A stretch of DNA of 64,000 bases from Malacoraja senta. Taxonomy: Eukaryota. The DNA lies in the NCBI GenBank assembly GCA_038087875.1, contig CM075996.1, forward strand, positions 6,760,001-6,824,000, read 5' to 3'. The notes under the pieces were generated by a model. That model was not told where the DNA came from. It worked only from the letters and a program-made list of their open reading frames with translations, and searched no databases. Position numbers and translations under genes: made by a program. The first letter of the stretch is position 1. The number at the start of each line of letters is the position of its first letter. This document shows, piece by piece, positions 50,686-64,000 of the stretch.

Positions 50686-51029
50686 TTACCCCGGCATTTT
50701 GCGCTACCTTCGATTTAAACCAGCATCTGCAGTTCTTCCTTACACACGCTGTGTACACAACTCTCTCTGCTAATCCTTGTGGTCTTGGGCGGAACTGCAG
50801 CCAAACCAAGCTGTGATGCATATCTATGGCACATCCGCAGAAATTAAATAGAGTCATTGGAGACATCCTGGATTTCCTTATACTTCTGAGGAGGTAGCCG
50901 TTCTTTCCTGACCATCGTGTTACTGTGGCTGCTCTGGGCCTTATTGTTAGTGAGGGAGGGATTTGCAGACAAGACTTAAGATCTTAAAATTGCAGGTTCG
51001 TATAAAGAGGAGACAGTGACGGTTTAAAC

Positions 51030-51522
51030 ATAGAAACATGGAAAACATTCGGCCCTTCGAGCCAGCACCGCCATTCCATATGATCATGGCTGATCATCCA
51101 CAATCAGTACCCCGTTCCTGCTTTCTCCCCATATCCCTTGATTCCGTTAGCCCCAAGAGCTCTATCTAACTCTCTCTTGAAAACATCCAGTGAATCGGCC
51201 TCCACTGCCTTCTGCGGCAGAGAATTCCACCGATTCACAACTCTCTGGGTGAAAAAGTTTTTCCTCATCTCAGTCCTAAATGGCCTACCCCTTATTCTTA
51301 AACTGTGACCCCTTTGGTTTTAGACTCCCCCAACATAGGGAACAATTTTCCTGCATCCAGCCTGTCCAACCCCTTAAGAATGTTATATGTTTCCATAAGA
51401 TTCCCTCTCATCCTTCTAAATTCCAGTGAATACAAGCCCAGTCGACCCATTCTTTCATCTTATGTCAGTCCCGCCATCCCGGGAATTAACCTGGTGAACC
51501 TACGCTGCACTCCCTCAATAGC
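51030..51522 (-). mobile_element. CR1 LINE 3' fragment
   Basis: Reverse complement of the CR1 consensus seen elsewhere in the window. Confidence 0.88.
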
Positions 51523-52287
51523 TCTCTCCATCTTCAAGTAATCCTTTCATCCCCTCTCTCTCCCCTTCCCTCTCGATCCGAAATGTCACCCATACCTTTC
51601 CTCCAGAGATGCTGCCTGACCCACTGAGTTACTCCAGCATTTTGTGTCTATCCGGTTTAAACCAGCATCTGCAGTTCCTTCCTGCACATTTAGTTTAGTT
51701 TTAGTTTAGAGATACAGCGCGGAAACAGGCCCTTCAGCCCACTGAGTCCGCGCTGACCAGCGATCCCCGTACAATAACACTATTCTACACCAGGGACAAT
51801 TTACCATTTTACCGAAGCCAATTAACCTACAAACCTGTACGTTTTGGGAGTGTGGGAGGAAACCGGAGCTTCCCGGAGAAAACCCCACGCAGGTCACGGG
51901 GAGAACGTACAAACTCCGTACAGACGAGCACCCGTGGTCAGGATCGAACCCGGGTCTCTGGCGCTGTGAGGCAGCATCTCTACCCGCTGTGCCACCGTGC
52001 CTCCCCAAATGAGATGAATGTTGAGGTTGTCTCAGCGTAGATTGGGAGGTTATCACAGCGGAAACAGGCCCTTCAGCCCACCGGGTCCACACCGACCAGT
52101 GATCACCCCGTACACGATCTTAGACTAGACACGAGGGAGCAATTTACACGCTAAGAAAGCAACTCTACCCCGTGCCTTCTTTGTAACCTCTCCAAAGGCT
52201 CCACCTTCAGGTATTTGGTAGCGGATGTAGCCCGAGACGAGACAAACTGCAACGTTATCGAGCAGTATTGAAGACATTTTTGAGACG

Positions 52288-52878
52288 ACATCGCTCTACT
52301 TCCTGAGAAGATTACGGAGAGTCGGCTTGTCAAGGAGGACTCTCTCTAACTTCTACAGGTGCACAGTAGAGAGCATGCTGACCGGTTGCATCGTGGCTTG
52401 GTTCGGCAACTTGAGCGCCCTGGAGAGGAAAAGACTACAAAAAGTAGTAAACACTGCCCAGTCCATCATCGGCTCTGACCTCCCTTCCATCGAGGGGATC
52501 TATCGCAGTCGCTGCCTCAAAAAGGCTGGCAGTATCATCAAGGACCCACACCATCCTGGCCACACACTCATCTCCCTACTACCTTCAGGTAGGAGGTACA
52601 GGAGCCTGAAGACTGCAACGACCAGGTTCAGGAATAGCTACTTCCCCACAGCCATCAGGCTATTAAACTTGGCTCGGACATAACACTGAACATTAATAGC
52701 CCATAATCTGTTATTTGCACTTTATCAGTTTATTTATTCATGTGTGTATATATTGTTACAATGGTATATGGACACACGATCTGTTCTGTAGTCAATGCCT
52801 ACTATGTTCTGTTGTGCTGAAGCAAAGCAAGAATTTCATTGTCCTACCAGGGACACATGACAATAAACTCACTTGAAC
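52288..52878 (+). mobile_element. Rex1/Babar-type LINE 3' end
   Basis: ORF 52327-52683: TLSNFYRCTVESMLTGCIVAWFGN...IIKDPHHPGHTLISLLPSGRRYRS...FRNSYFPTAIRLLN, then a 3' stem-loop and AATAAA. Confidence 0.85.
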
Positions 52879-55800
52879 ATCCCACCTCAGTCTGAAGAAG
52901 GGTCTCGACCCTGAAACATCACCCATTCAATAGACAATAGACAATAGGTGCAGGAGTAGGCCATTCGGCCCTTCGACCCAGCACCGCCATTCAATGTGAT
53001 CATGGCTGATCATCCCCAATCAGTACCCCGTTCCTGCCTTATCCCCATATCCCCCGACTCCGCTATCTTTAACAGCCCTATCTAGCTCTCCCATTCCTTC
53101 TCTCCAGAGATGCTGCCTGTCCCGCTGAGTTACTCCGGCATTTTGTGTCTGTCCCACCTCAGCCAAGCAGGTTTGTTGACCCAAAGAGCTGGAGCCACTG
53201 CACAAATATTGAATTTACCCCCCGAGGGAGGCTGGTGTTTGGGCCTTGTGGTATCGCCCGCACTAACCCAGCCAAGTGCGAGAAGCAGTGACCAAGAGCC
53301 CTGTCCACCTGTTCAATTAAAAACACATAGCCATTAAGAGCCAAGCCGGTGACAACAATGCAGAACCGCCAGGCAATACGGGCCTCATCCCCGCAGGTAG
53401 CTTAGCTTTAGAGATACAGCGCGGAAACAGGCCTTTTGGCCCACCGAGCCCACCAAGAATGACCCCAGGAATGAGTACGTTAACCTATGATGAGCGTTTG
53501 TCGGCACTGGGCCTGTACTCGCTGGAGTTTAGAAGGATGAAGGGTATGGGGGGGACCTCAATGAAACGTACTGAATAGTGAAAGGCCTGGATAGAGTGGA
53601 TGTGGCGAGGATGTTTCCACCAGTGGGAGAGTCTAGGACTGGCGGTCACAGCCTCAGAGTTAAAGGACGTTCCTTTGGGAAGGAGATGAGGTGGAATTTC
53701 TTTAGTCAGAGGGTGGTGAATCTGTGGAACTCATTGCCACTGTGAAGGACAATGAGTTGCACCTGCCTTCTGAATCTGTGGAACCACGCTGGTCCCAAAG
53801 CATGGAACACATCATGAGATGTAGCCAAGCTCCACATGTACCGAAGATGACCTGGCCGAACCAAATGCCGCTGCGCTTGCCTGCGACAACCACTGGAAAG
53901 TCGTGATATAGAAGATGGCCGGACACGAGGAAGAAGAAGTTCCTCCTTTGTTCTACCCCCTCCCCCATAACGGTCCCCCCACGCCGGGTCCCCATTGTCC
54001 ATTGTTCTTCCCCCTCCCCCATGGCTGTCCCCCCCACGCTCTCATCGATCGCCGCCCGCGGGTCGACCCGTGAGGCTTCGTTACTGCAGCCAAGGCCCCA
54101 GCGCCGTGAGGCTTCACCACCGCCGTGAGCCGGCGCCGATGCCCCCACTTCACGCGCCCATCGGTCGGCGCCATCATCGGCCGCCTCCACAACGCTGCCG
54201 GGTCCTCTCCTGAGGCCTCCGTGGTGCCGACCCAGGCCCGGCTGCGGCCGCTCCGCCGATCCGGGTTCCGACCCGCAGGGCGAGGCTCCTCCGACCGACC
54301 CACGAGGCGAGGTTCCTCCAACCCGGGCTTCTCCGCAGCAGCGACAAAGCTCTCCGGGCCACCTTCCCAGCCCACAGCCACGACCCGAATCACCTCAATT
54401 TTCTCAGTAAGTAGAGGCGTTGATGTGCTTGCTTTATGATTGCACCAGTGTGCTGGGCCCCACACAGATCTTCAGAGATAGACACAAAATGCTGGAGTAA
54501 CTCAGCGGGAGAGAATTCCTTCTCTGCGGAGACGCTGCCTGTCCCGCTGAGTTACTCCAGCATTTTGTATCCACCTTCGATTTAAACCAGCGTCTGCAGT
54601 TCTTCCCTACAGATCTTCAGAGATACGCACGCCAGGGAATTTGAAGCTTTTGACTCTCTCCACCATCATCCCGTTGATATGGACAAGGTTTGTGGGCCCT
54701 CGTCCTCCTCTTACACAAAGCCCATGATAGGTACCTTGGTCTTGCTGATGTTGAGAGCCAGGTTGTTGTGCTGGCACCGTTTGGTCAGTCCCTCCCCGTA
54801 TCCCGACTCATTGTCATCTGTAATCCGTCCAACAACAGCGGTGATGTCTTTGAAGATGGAGTTGGAACTGTGGGTAGACAAAAGTGCTGGAGAAACTCAG
54901 CGGGTGCGGCAGCATCTATGGAGCGAAGGAAATAGGCAACGTTTCGGGCCGAAACCCTTCTTCAGACTGGGTTGTTTCGAATGGGTGATGTTTCGGGTTG
55001 GAACCCTTCTTCAGCGAGGTTGAAAAGACCCATGAACTGTGGAGTGACTTTAGACTTTAGAGATACAACGTGGAAACAGGCCCTTCAGCCCACCGAGTCC
55101 GTGCCGAACTGTGATCACCCCGTACACTAACTCTCTCCTGCACACTAGGAATAAATTCACAACATTACCACAGCCAATTGACCTACAAACCTGTATGTCT
55201 TTGGAATGTGGGAGGAAACCGGAGCACCTGGAGAAAACCCACGCGGTCACAGGGTGAAAGTACAAAGTCCACACAGACAGCACCTGAGGTCAGGATCGAA
55301 CCCGGGTCACTGGCGCTGTAAGGCAGCAACTTTACCGCTGCACCACCGTACCTGAGCATTTGTCACCTTGCTGGTTGTGGTGGTTACCTCTGCGTTAATT
55401 TGGCTGTTACAATAAACTGCTTCAAACAATGTATTCAAACTAAGACAATAGACAATAGACAATAGGTGCAGGAGTAGGCCATTCGGCCCTTCGAGCCAGC
55501 ACCGCCATTCACTGTGATCATGGCTGATCATCCACAGTCAGTACCCCGTTCCTGCCTTCTCCCCATTTCCCCTGATTCCAGAATCTTTAAGAGCTCTATC
55601 TAACTCTCTCTTGAAAGCATCCAGAGAACTGGCCTCCACCACCGTCTGAGGCAGAGAATTCCACAGATTCACAACCCTCTGTGTGAAAAAGTTCTTCCTC
55701 ATCTCCATGCTAAATGGCTTACTCCTTATTCTTAAACTGTGTGGCCCCTGGTTCTGGACTCCCCCAACATCAGGAACATGTTTCCTGCCTCTAGCCTGTC

Positions 55801-58127
55801 CATAGCCTTAATAATCTTTCCTCAGCAGGTGAGGCAGCATCTCTGGATGGAAGGAATGGGTGATGCATTTTTCCAAGCCTGAAGCAAGACTCTGGTCCCA
55901 GAAATCCCAGAGACTTCTCAGGATGGCAAGAAGCATTGAATGCTTGACAACGCCACATTGGAGAATAACTACAGAACATCCAAAAGCCCCTCTTCTCTAG
56001 CCTTTCAACATTTGCTTGGCAGGTAATTCTCTTTCCAAACACAAACTCCTAACGGCAATGGGGTTTCAGATTATCATCACTCTCTGTACAACATAGACTT
56101 ACTATTTATAATTTAGCTTATCATACCTTAGCTTAGAGATACAGCATGGAAAGAGGCCCTTCGGGCCACCAAGTCCGTGCCAACCAGCGACCACCCGCAC
56201 ACCAGTTCTATCCTGCACACTGGGGACAATTTACAGAAGGCAATTAACCTACAAACCTGCACGCCTTTGGAATGTGGGTGGAAAGCGGAGCACCTTGAGA
56301 AATCCCACGTAGTCAGAGGGAGAACGGACAAACTCTGCATAGACAGCACCTGTAGTCAGGATGGATCTTTGGCCCTATAAGGCAACAATTCTATCAACGC
56401 ACCATTGTGCTGCACTAGATTTAGTATTGATGTCATATTAATGGAGTGAATGATTGGTTGATGGTCAATATGGATTTGGTGGGCTGAATGGCCTGCTTCC
56501 ATGCTAGTATCTCTCATCCCCTCCCTGTATCTTTGTCAGTCACTGTGATCACCGAGTTAGAGAGTTATTAAATGGGTAAAAGGGAATGTGGATTGAAGCC
56601 TGACATCCCCTGTGAAAGATTCCCGCTATCCAAGCGCTTAATGGTTAACTCCAGGCACTAAAGGGGGGGTGGTGACACAGTGGTGGAATGGCAGAACTCC
56701 TGCCTCACATCTGCAGCGTCCCAGGCTCAATCCTGACCTCCGGTGCTGTTTGTGTGGAGTTTGCACGTTCTCCCTGTAACCGAGCAGGTTTCATCCGGGT
56801 GCTCCAGTTTCCTCCCACATCCCAAAGATTTGCAGGCAGGAAAGTTAACTGGAGGTGGAAACAAAGACCGGCAGATGCTGGTTTACGATATAAGACACAA
56901 GGTGCTGGAGTAACTCAGCGGGTCAGGCAACACCTCTGGAGAACATGGATAGGTGACGTTTTGGATTGGGACCCTTCTTCAGGAGTTAATTAGATGTTGT
57001 AAATTGCCTGTAGTGTGTAGAGTGGTAGAATATGGGTTGGGGGGAGGTAGCTAAATAGAAAGGGGAGGTGAATAACATGGGCTGAATGTGGGATTAGTGT
57101 CAATTGGTGCTTGAAGGTCGGCACCGACTCAGTGGGCCTAAGGATCTATTTCCGGTCAAGCCTTTGATACAAGAATAAGGGGTCGGCCATTTAGGACTGA
57201 GATGAGGAAAAACCTTTTCACCCAGAGAGTTGTGAATCTGTGGAATTCTCTGCCACAGAAGGCAGTGGAGGCCAATTCACTGGATGCTATCAATAGAGAG
57301 TTAGATAGAGCTCTTAGGGCTAACGGAATCAAAGGATATGGGGAGAAAGCAGGAACGGGGTACTAACTTTGGATGATCAGCCATGATCATATTGAATGGT
57401 GGTGCTGGCTCGATGGGCCCAATGGCCCACTCCTGCACCTATTTTCTATGTTCTATGATGTTAAACCAGGTGAATGTTCAGAGTCCCATCACCATTTGGA
57501 ATTAGTTTAGTTTATTGTCACGTGTACCGAGGTACAGTGAAAGGCTTTTTTGTAGCGTGCTATCCAGTCAGCGGGAAGACTACACACGATTACAGTCAAC
57601 AGTGTACAGAAACAGAATAAAGGGCATCATGTTTAGTGCAAGATAAAGTCCAGTAAAGTCTGATTAAAAATAGTACGAGGGTCACCGATGAGGTAGATGG
57701 TAGGTCAGGAGAGCTCTCCAGTTGGTTATAGGATGGTTCAGTTGCCTGATAACAGCTGAGAAGAAACTGTCCCTGAATGTGGAGGCGTGCGTTTTCACAC
57801 TTCTGTACCTCTTGCCAGATGGGAGAGGGGAGAAGAGGGAATGTCCAGGGTGAGACTGGTCCTTGATTATGCTGCTGGCCTTGCCGAGGCAGCGTGAGGT
57901 GTAGATGGAGTCAAGGAAGGGAGGTTGGTTTGCGCGATGGTCTGGGCTGCGTCCACAACTCTCTGCGATTTATTGCGGCCTTGGATGGAGCTGTCCCCAA
58001 ACCAATGCATCCCCGATCTCCGCAATTATCCCCAAACTCTGAGGAATCTCTCAAACCCTACAATAAATCTGGTTGTAATGTTGCTGTTTGTGGGAGCTTG
58101 CGGTGTCCAAGTTGGCTGCGTTGTAGT

Positions 58128-58240
58128 CTGAAGAAGGGTCTGGACCCGAAACGTCACCCATTCCTTCTCTCCAGAGATGCTGCCTGTCCCGTTGAGTAAC
58201 TCTGGCATTCTGTGTCTATCAGAGACATGGATGTCTATTC
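58128..58240 (+). mobile_element. Representative of the ~130-bp Penelope pLTR-derived short repeat carrying a minimal hammerhead core (dozens of full or partial copies across the window, both strands)
   Basis: CTGAAGA-stem II-GAAACGTC followed by ACCCATTCCTTCTCTCCAGAGATGCTGCC...; the same sequence follows the GIY-YIG ORF in the Penelope fragments. Confidence 0.8.
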
Positions 58241-58550
58241 TTGTTTAATGGAATCAGGGGGCCGCAGAATATAGAGTACTCTCGAAGCTGAGACCAATGA
58301 TGAGAGAGGGTTAGAATCTCATTACTTCCTCAGATGTCCTGTAATGAGATACAGTGAGCCTGCAGCACAGAGACTGAAGAGACGGACCCTGCTGTGGTAC
58401 AAATGACAGCCACAGGGTGCAAGGATTTTACCGGCTCCCACACTGGGCTGGCCTCAAAGATTGAATGAAGCAGACTCTGTCACCTGCAGCATTACCCGTG
58501 CTTGCCAATAAATATAGATTGTTTAAAGGCAGAGGAATGAGGCTTGTGCT

Positions 58551-60515
<1,965 letters not shown>

Positions 60516-60524
60516 TTTTGGAGA

Positions 60525-61012
60525 ATGCAAGGAAAGCTGTGAGGAAGCTGGAAAGAGTGCAGAGAAGATTTATGTTGCCGAAACATGAGGGACTGAGCTA
60601 CAGGGAGAGGTTGGGCAGCCTAGGACTTCATTCCTTGGAGCGCAGGACACGGAGGGGGGGTCTTTTAGAGGTATATAAGATCATGCGGGGAATAGATAGG
60701 GTAGATGCACACAGTCTTTGAACCAGAATAGGTGAATCAAGAACCAGAGAGCATTGGGTTAAGTTGAGAGGGGGAAGATTTAATAGGAACCTAAGGGGTA
60801 ACCTTTTCACCCAGAGGGTGGTGGGTGTATGGAACGAGCTGCCAGAGGAGGTAGTTGAGACAGGGACTATCACAACATTTAAAAGACATTTGGAGGGGTA
60901 AATGGAGAGGAAAGGTTTAGAGAGAAATGGGCCAAATGTGGGCATCACTTGATCAGCATGGGCAAGATGGGCTGAAGGGCCTTTGCTGCGTTTCTGTGCT
61001 GTATGACTCTAT
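60525..61012 (+). mobile_element. CR1 LINE 3' fragment (second subfamily); further CR1 pieces at about 2131-2420, 28880-29420, 36630-36960, 40555-41155, 41925-42170, 53460-53740, 55444-55815, 57170-57455, 62375-62700
   Basis: RKLERVQRRF...GLSYRERLGSLGLHSLERR...FTQRVVGVWNELP. Confidence 0.85.
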
Positions 61013-61204
61013 AAGCTTTGCTGTGTTGATATCAAGAGGAGATGGGAAAGACACATAGTCAGCAAACAATCGGGCAGGACGTCCACAGGGGGGGAACCCA
61101 TTGATTTCTGCCCGTGATCCACGATAATGCACTCAACACTGACAATTGGAGATATTAAGAAGATCAATAAGCTGAGCGGTTGGCAGCGAAATATTATTGG
61201 TTAG

Positions 61205-61280
61205 CCAGGTCACGCTGAGCATGGCTCGGGGGAACATCAAACCCAGGTCACGCTGAGCATGGCTCGGGGGAACATCAAAC
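61205..61280. repeat. 38-bp tandem duplication
   Basis: CCAGGTCACGCTGAGCATGGCTCGGGGGAACATCAAAC x2. Confidence 0.9.
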
Positions 61281-63529
61281 ACCGAGGTTTCACCAGTCTG
61301 GATAGGGTGTTGACACTTCTCTCAGGTCCAGTCGAATAACATCAGACGCTCTCATGTGTTCACGATGAGCAGAGCTCGGCCACTCGGCCCATCGAGCCAA
61401 TGATGCCGTCCAATAACATCATGGCTAAATCAATCAGTCTGAAGAAGGGTCCTGACCCCGAAACATCACCTAACTGTGTTCTCCAGAGATGCTGCCTGTC
61501 CCTCTGAGTTACTCCAGCAATTTGAGTCTTTATTTTAAAAAACAGAACCTGCATGGGCTTTTATACTCCCCTTATCGACTCTAAAACACCAGGACGGCCA
61601 TCTACCCTCTCTGGATCTTTTTATCTCTCAATTTCCAACCTTCTTTATGTACTAAATAACCTTCAACATTACTCCTTCTCTTGGAATCCCCCGGATGGCC
61701 ATTTATCCTCCCAGACTCTTCCGAGTCTGAAGAAGGGTCCCGACCCGATATGTCACCCGTCCTTTTTCACCAGAGATGCATCTACTCACTTGCTCATCAT
61801 GCCTTGTATGTTCTCATCCGAATAATTGATATGGATGTGGCAAGACGGAATGGGTGACGTTTCGGGTCAAGACTCTTTTTCAGATCGAGAAGGGTCTCGA
61901 CCGGAAACGTCACCCATTCTTTTCTCCAGAGATGCTGCCTGTCCCACTGAGTTACTCCAGCATTTTGTGTCTATCTTCGGTGTAAACCAGCATCTGCAGT
62001 TCCTTCCTACACATTGATACAGCTGTGTTAAGAGCTGCCGTGCAAAATCGTGGCGGATCTGATTGTGACTTCACTGTCCCATTCCTGGTCCTCCACCCCA
62101 GCTAACCTTTCACCCCCTCGCTCACCCATCAACCTCTTGCTTTAACAATATTCTTTAAGGACGAGAGGTCCGAACATTTATGACTCCTTGAGAGAAAAAA
62201 AATTCCCTTGTTTTAAATGGCAGACACGTATTGTAAATGACTACCTTTGAAGATCATCCCCAAAATGGAAACAACCTCCTCACAGCTATCTCCTCAGTAT
62301 CTAATATGAAGGGAGAGGTATATTTGTCTGCAGAGAAGACCCTATTTGTGGCTTGTGTAGGAAGGAACTCCAGAATCCAGAACCAGGGGCCACAGTCTTA
62401 GAATAAAGGGGAGGCCATTTAAGACTGAGGTGAGAAAAAACGTTTTCACCCAGAGAGTTGTGAATTTGTGGAATTCCCTGCCACAGAGGGCAGTGGAGGC
62501 CAAATCACTGGATGGATTTAAGAGAGAGTTAGATAGAGCTCTAGGGGCTAGTGGAATCGGGGGATATGGGGAGAAGGCAGGCACGGGTTATTGATTGGGG
62601 ATGATCAGCCATGATCACAATGAATGGCAGTGCTGGCTCGAAGGGCCAAATGGCCTCCTCCTGCACCTATTTTCTATGTTTCCATGTTTCCATGTTTCTA
62701 ACTGCAGATGCTAGTTTATACCGAAGATAGAGACAAAATGCTGGAATAACTCAGCGGGTTAGGCAGCATCTCTGGAGAAAAGATATAGGGGACGTTTCCT
62801 GTTGAGTTCTTCAGACTGAGAGTCAGGGCAAAAGCTGGTAAAGATGAGGGAATGGGGACCAGGAAAATGGAAGTCATTAAAGATATGAAGGGCGTGTGAG
62901 GTGTCTTGGACATAGTTTGGGAGGGATTAGACCATGGGGGATAGGAGCGTTTGACGACACTGGGCCTGTACTCGCTGGAATTTAGAAGATTGAAGGGGCA
63001 CCTCATTGAAACGTACAGAATAGTAAAAGGCTTGGAGTGAGTGGATGCGGAGAGGATGTTTCCACTTGTGGGAGAGTCTAGGATGAGTCATAGCCTTAGA
63101 ATTAAAGGACGTTCTTCTCTGCGGAGACGCTGCCTGTCCCGCTGAGTTACTCCAGCATTTTGTATCCACCTTCGATTTAAACCAGCGTCTGCAGTTCTTC
63201 CCTACAGATCTTCAGAGATACGCACGCCAGGGAATTTGAAGCTTTTGACTCTCTCCACCATCATCCCGTTGATATGGACAAGGTTTGTGGGCCCTCGTCC
63301 TCCTCTTACACAAAGCCCATGATCGGTACCTTGGTCTTGCTGGTGTTGAGAGCCAGGTCGTTGTGCTGGCACCGTTTGGTCAGTCCCTCCCCGTATCCCG
63401 ACTCATTATCATCTGTAATTCGTCCAACAACAGCGGTGATGTCTTTGAAGATGGAGTTGGAACTGTGGGTAGACAAAAGTGCTGGAGAAACTCAGCGGGT
63501 GCAGCAGCATCTAAGGAGCGAAGGAAATA

Positions 63530-64000
63530 GGCAACGTTTTGGGCCAAAACCCTTTTTCAGACTGATGTAGGGTGTGGGGAGGGGGGGGGGGGGAGAAGAA
63601 AGGAAAAAGGAAGAGGAGGAGCCCGAGGGCTGAGGGAGAGGAGAGAAGGGGAGGAGACAGCAAGGGCTACTGGAAATTGGAGAAGTCAATGTTCATGCCA
63701 TTGGGGTGCAGACTGCCCAAGCGGAATATGAGGTGCTGCTCCTCCAATTTCTGGTGGTCCTCACTCTGGCCATGGAGGAGGCCCAGGACGGAAAGGTCAG
63801 ATACGGAATGGGAGGGGGAGTTGAAGTGCTGAGCCACCGGGAGATCAGGTTGGTTAATGCGGACCGAGCGGAGGTGTTCGGCGAAACGATCGCCAAGCCT
63901 GCGCTTGGTCTCACCGATGTAGATCAGCTGACGTCTAGAGCAGCGGATGCAATAGATGAGGTTGGAGGAGATGCAGGTGAACCTCTGTCGCACCTGGAAC
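63530..64000 (-). mobile_element. Penelope-like element 3' end: GIY-YIG endonuclease plus pLTR with a degenerate hammerhead motif
   Basis: ORF 63667-63993: NLIYCIRC...YIGETKRRLGDRFAEH...VAQHFN...LEEQHLIFRLGSLHPNGMN. Confidence 0.9.

Overview
Repeat-saturated vertebrate genomic DNA, almost certainly from a cartilaginous fish (skate/ray or shark), inferred from HE1-type V-SINEs, HER1/CR1 LINE 3' ends and a shark-like MGP. There is one 200-N gap at 31945-32144. Two host-gene pieces are supported. (1) Exons 2-4 of a matrix Gla protein gene (mgp, + strand, 35222-38848) splice in frame to a 101-aa mature protein; its signal-peptide exon was not found. (2) A divergently oriented first exon (- strand, 5105-5162) encodes a signal peptide and has a TATA box and RUNX motifs, plausibly the neighbouring osteocalcin/bgp-type gene. 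The rest is mostly transposon-derived: CR1, Rex1/Babar, Tx1, L1, Vingi and Penelope retroelements, a tiny LTR element (TRIM), Harbinger-type and hAT MITEs, an unclassified 6-bp-TSD DNA element, and kilobase (TG)n arrays. The most striking non-annotated signal is a 140-nt TSD-flanked retroposon whose first 54 nt fold as a minimal HDV-like self-cleaving ribozyme starting exactly at the element's 5' end. A covarying relative lies at 18095-18248, and many Penelope-derived minimal hammerhead motifs are scattered through the window. All family assignments come from manual reading and recall, not database searches.
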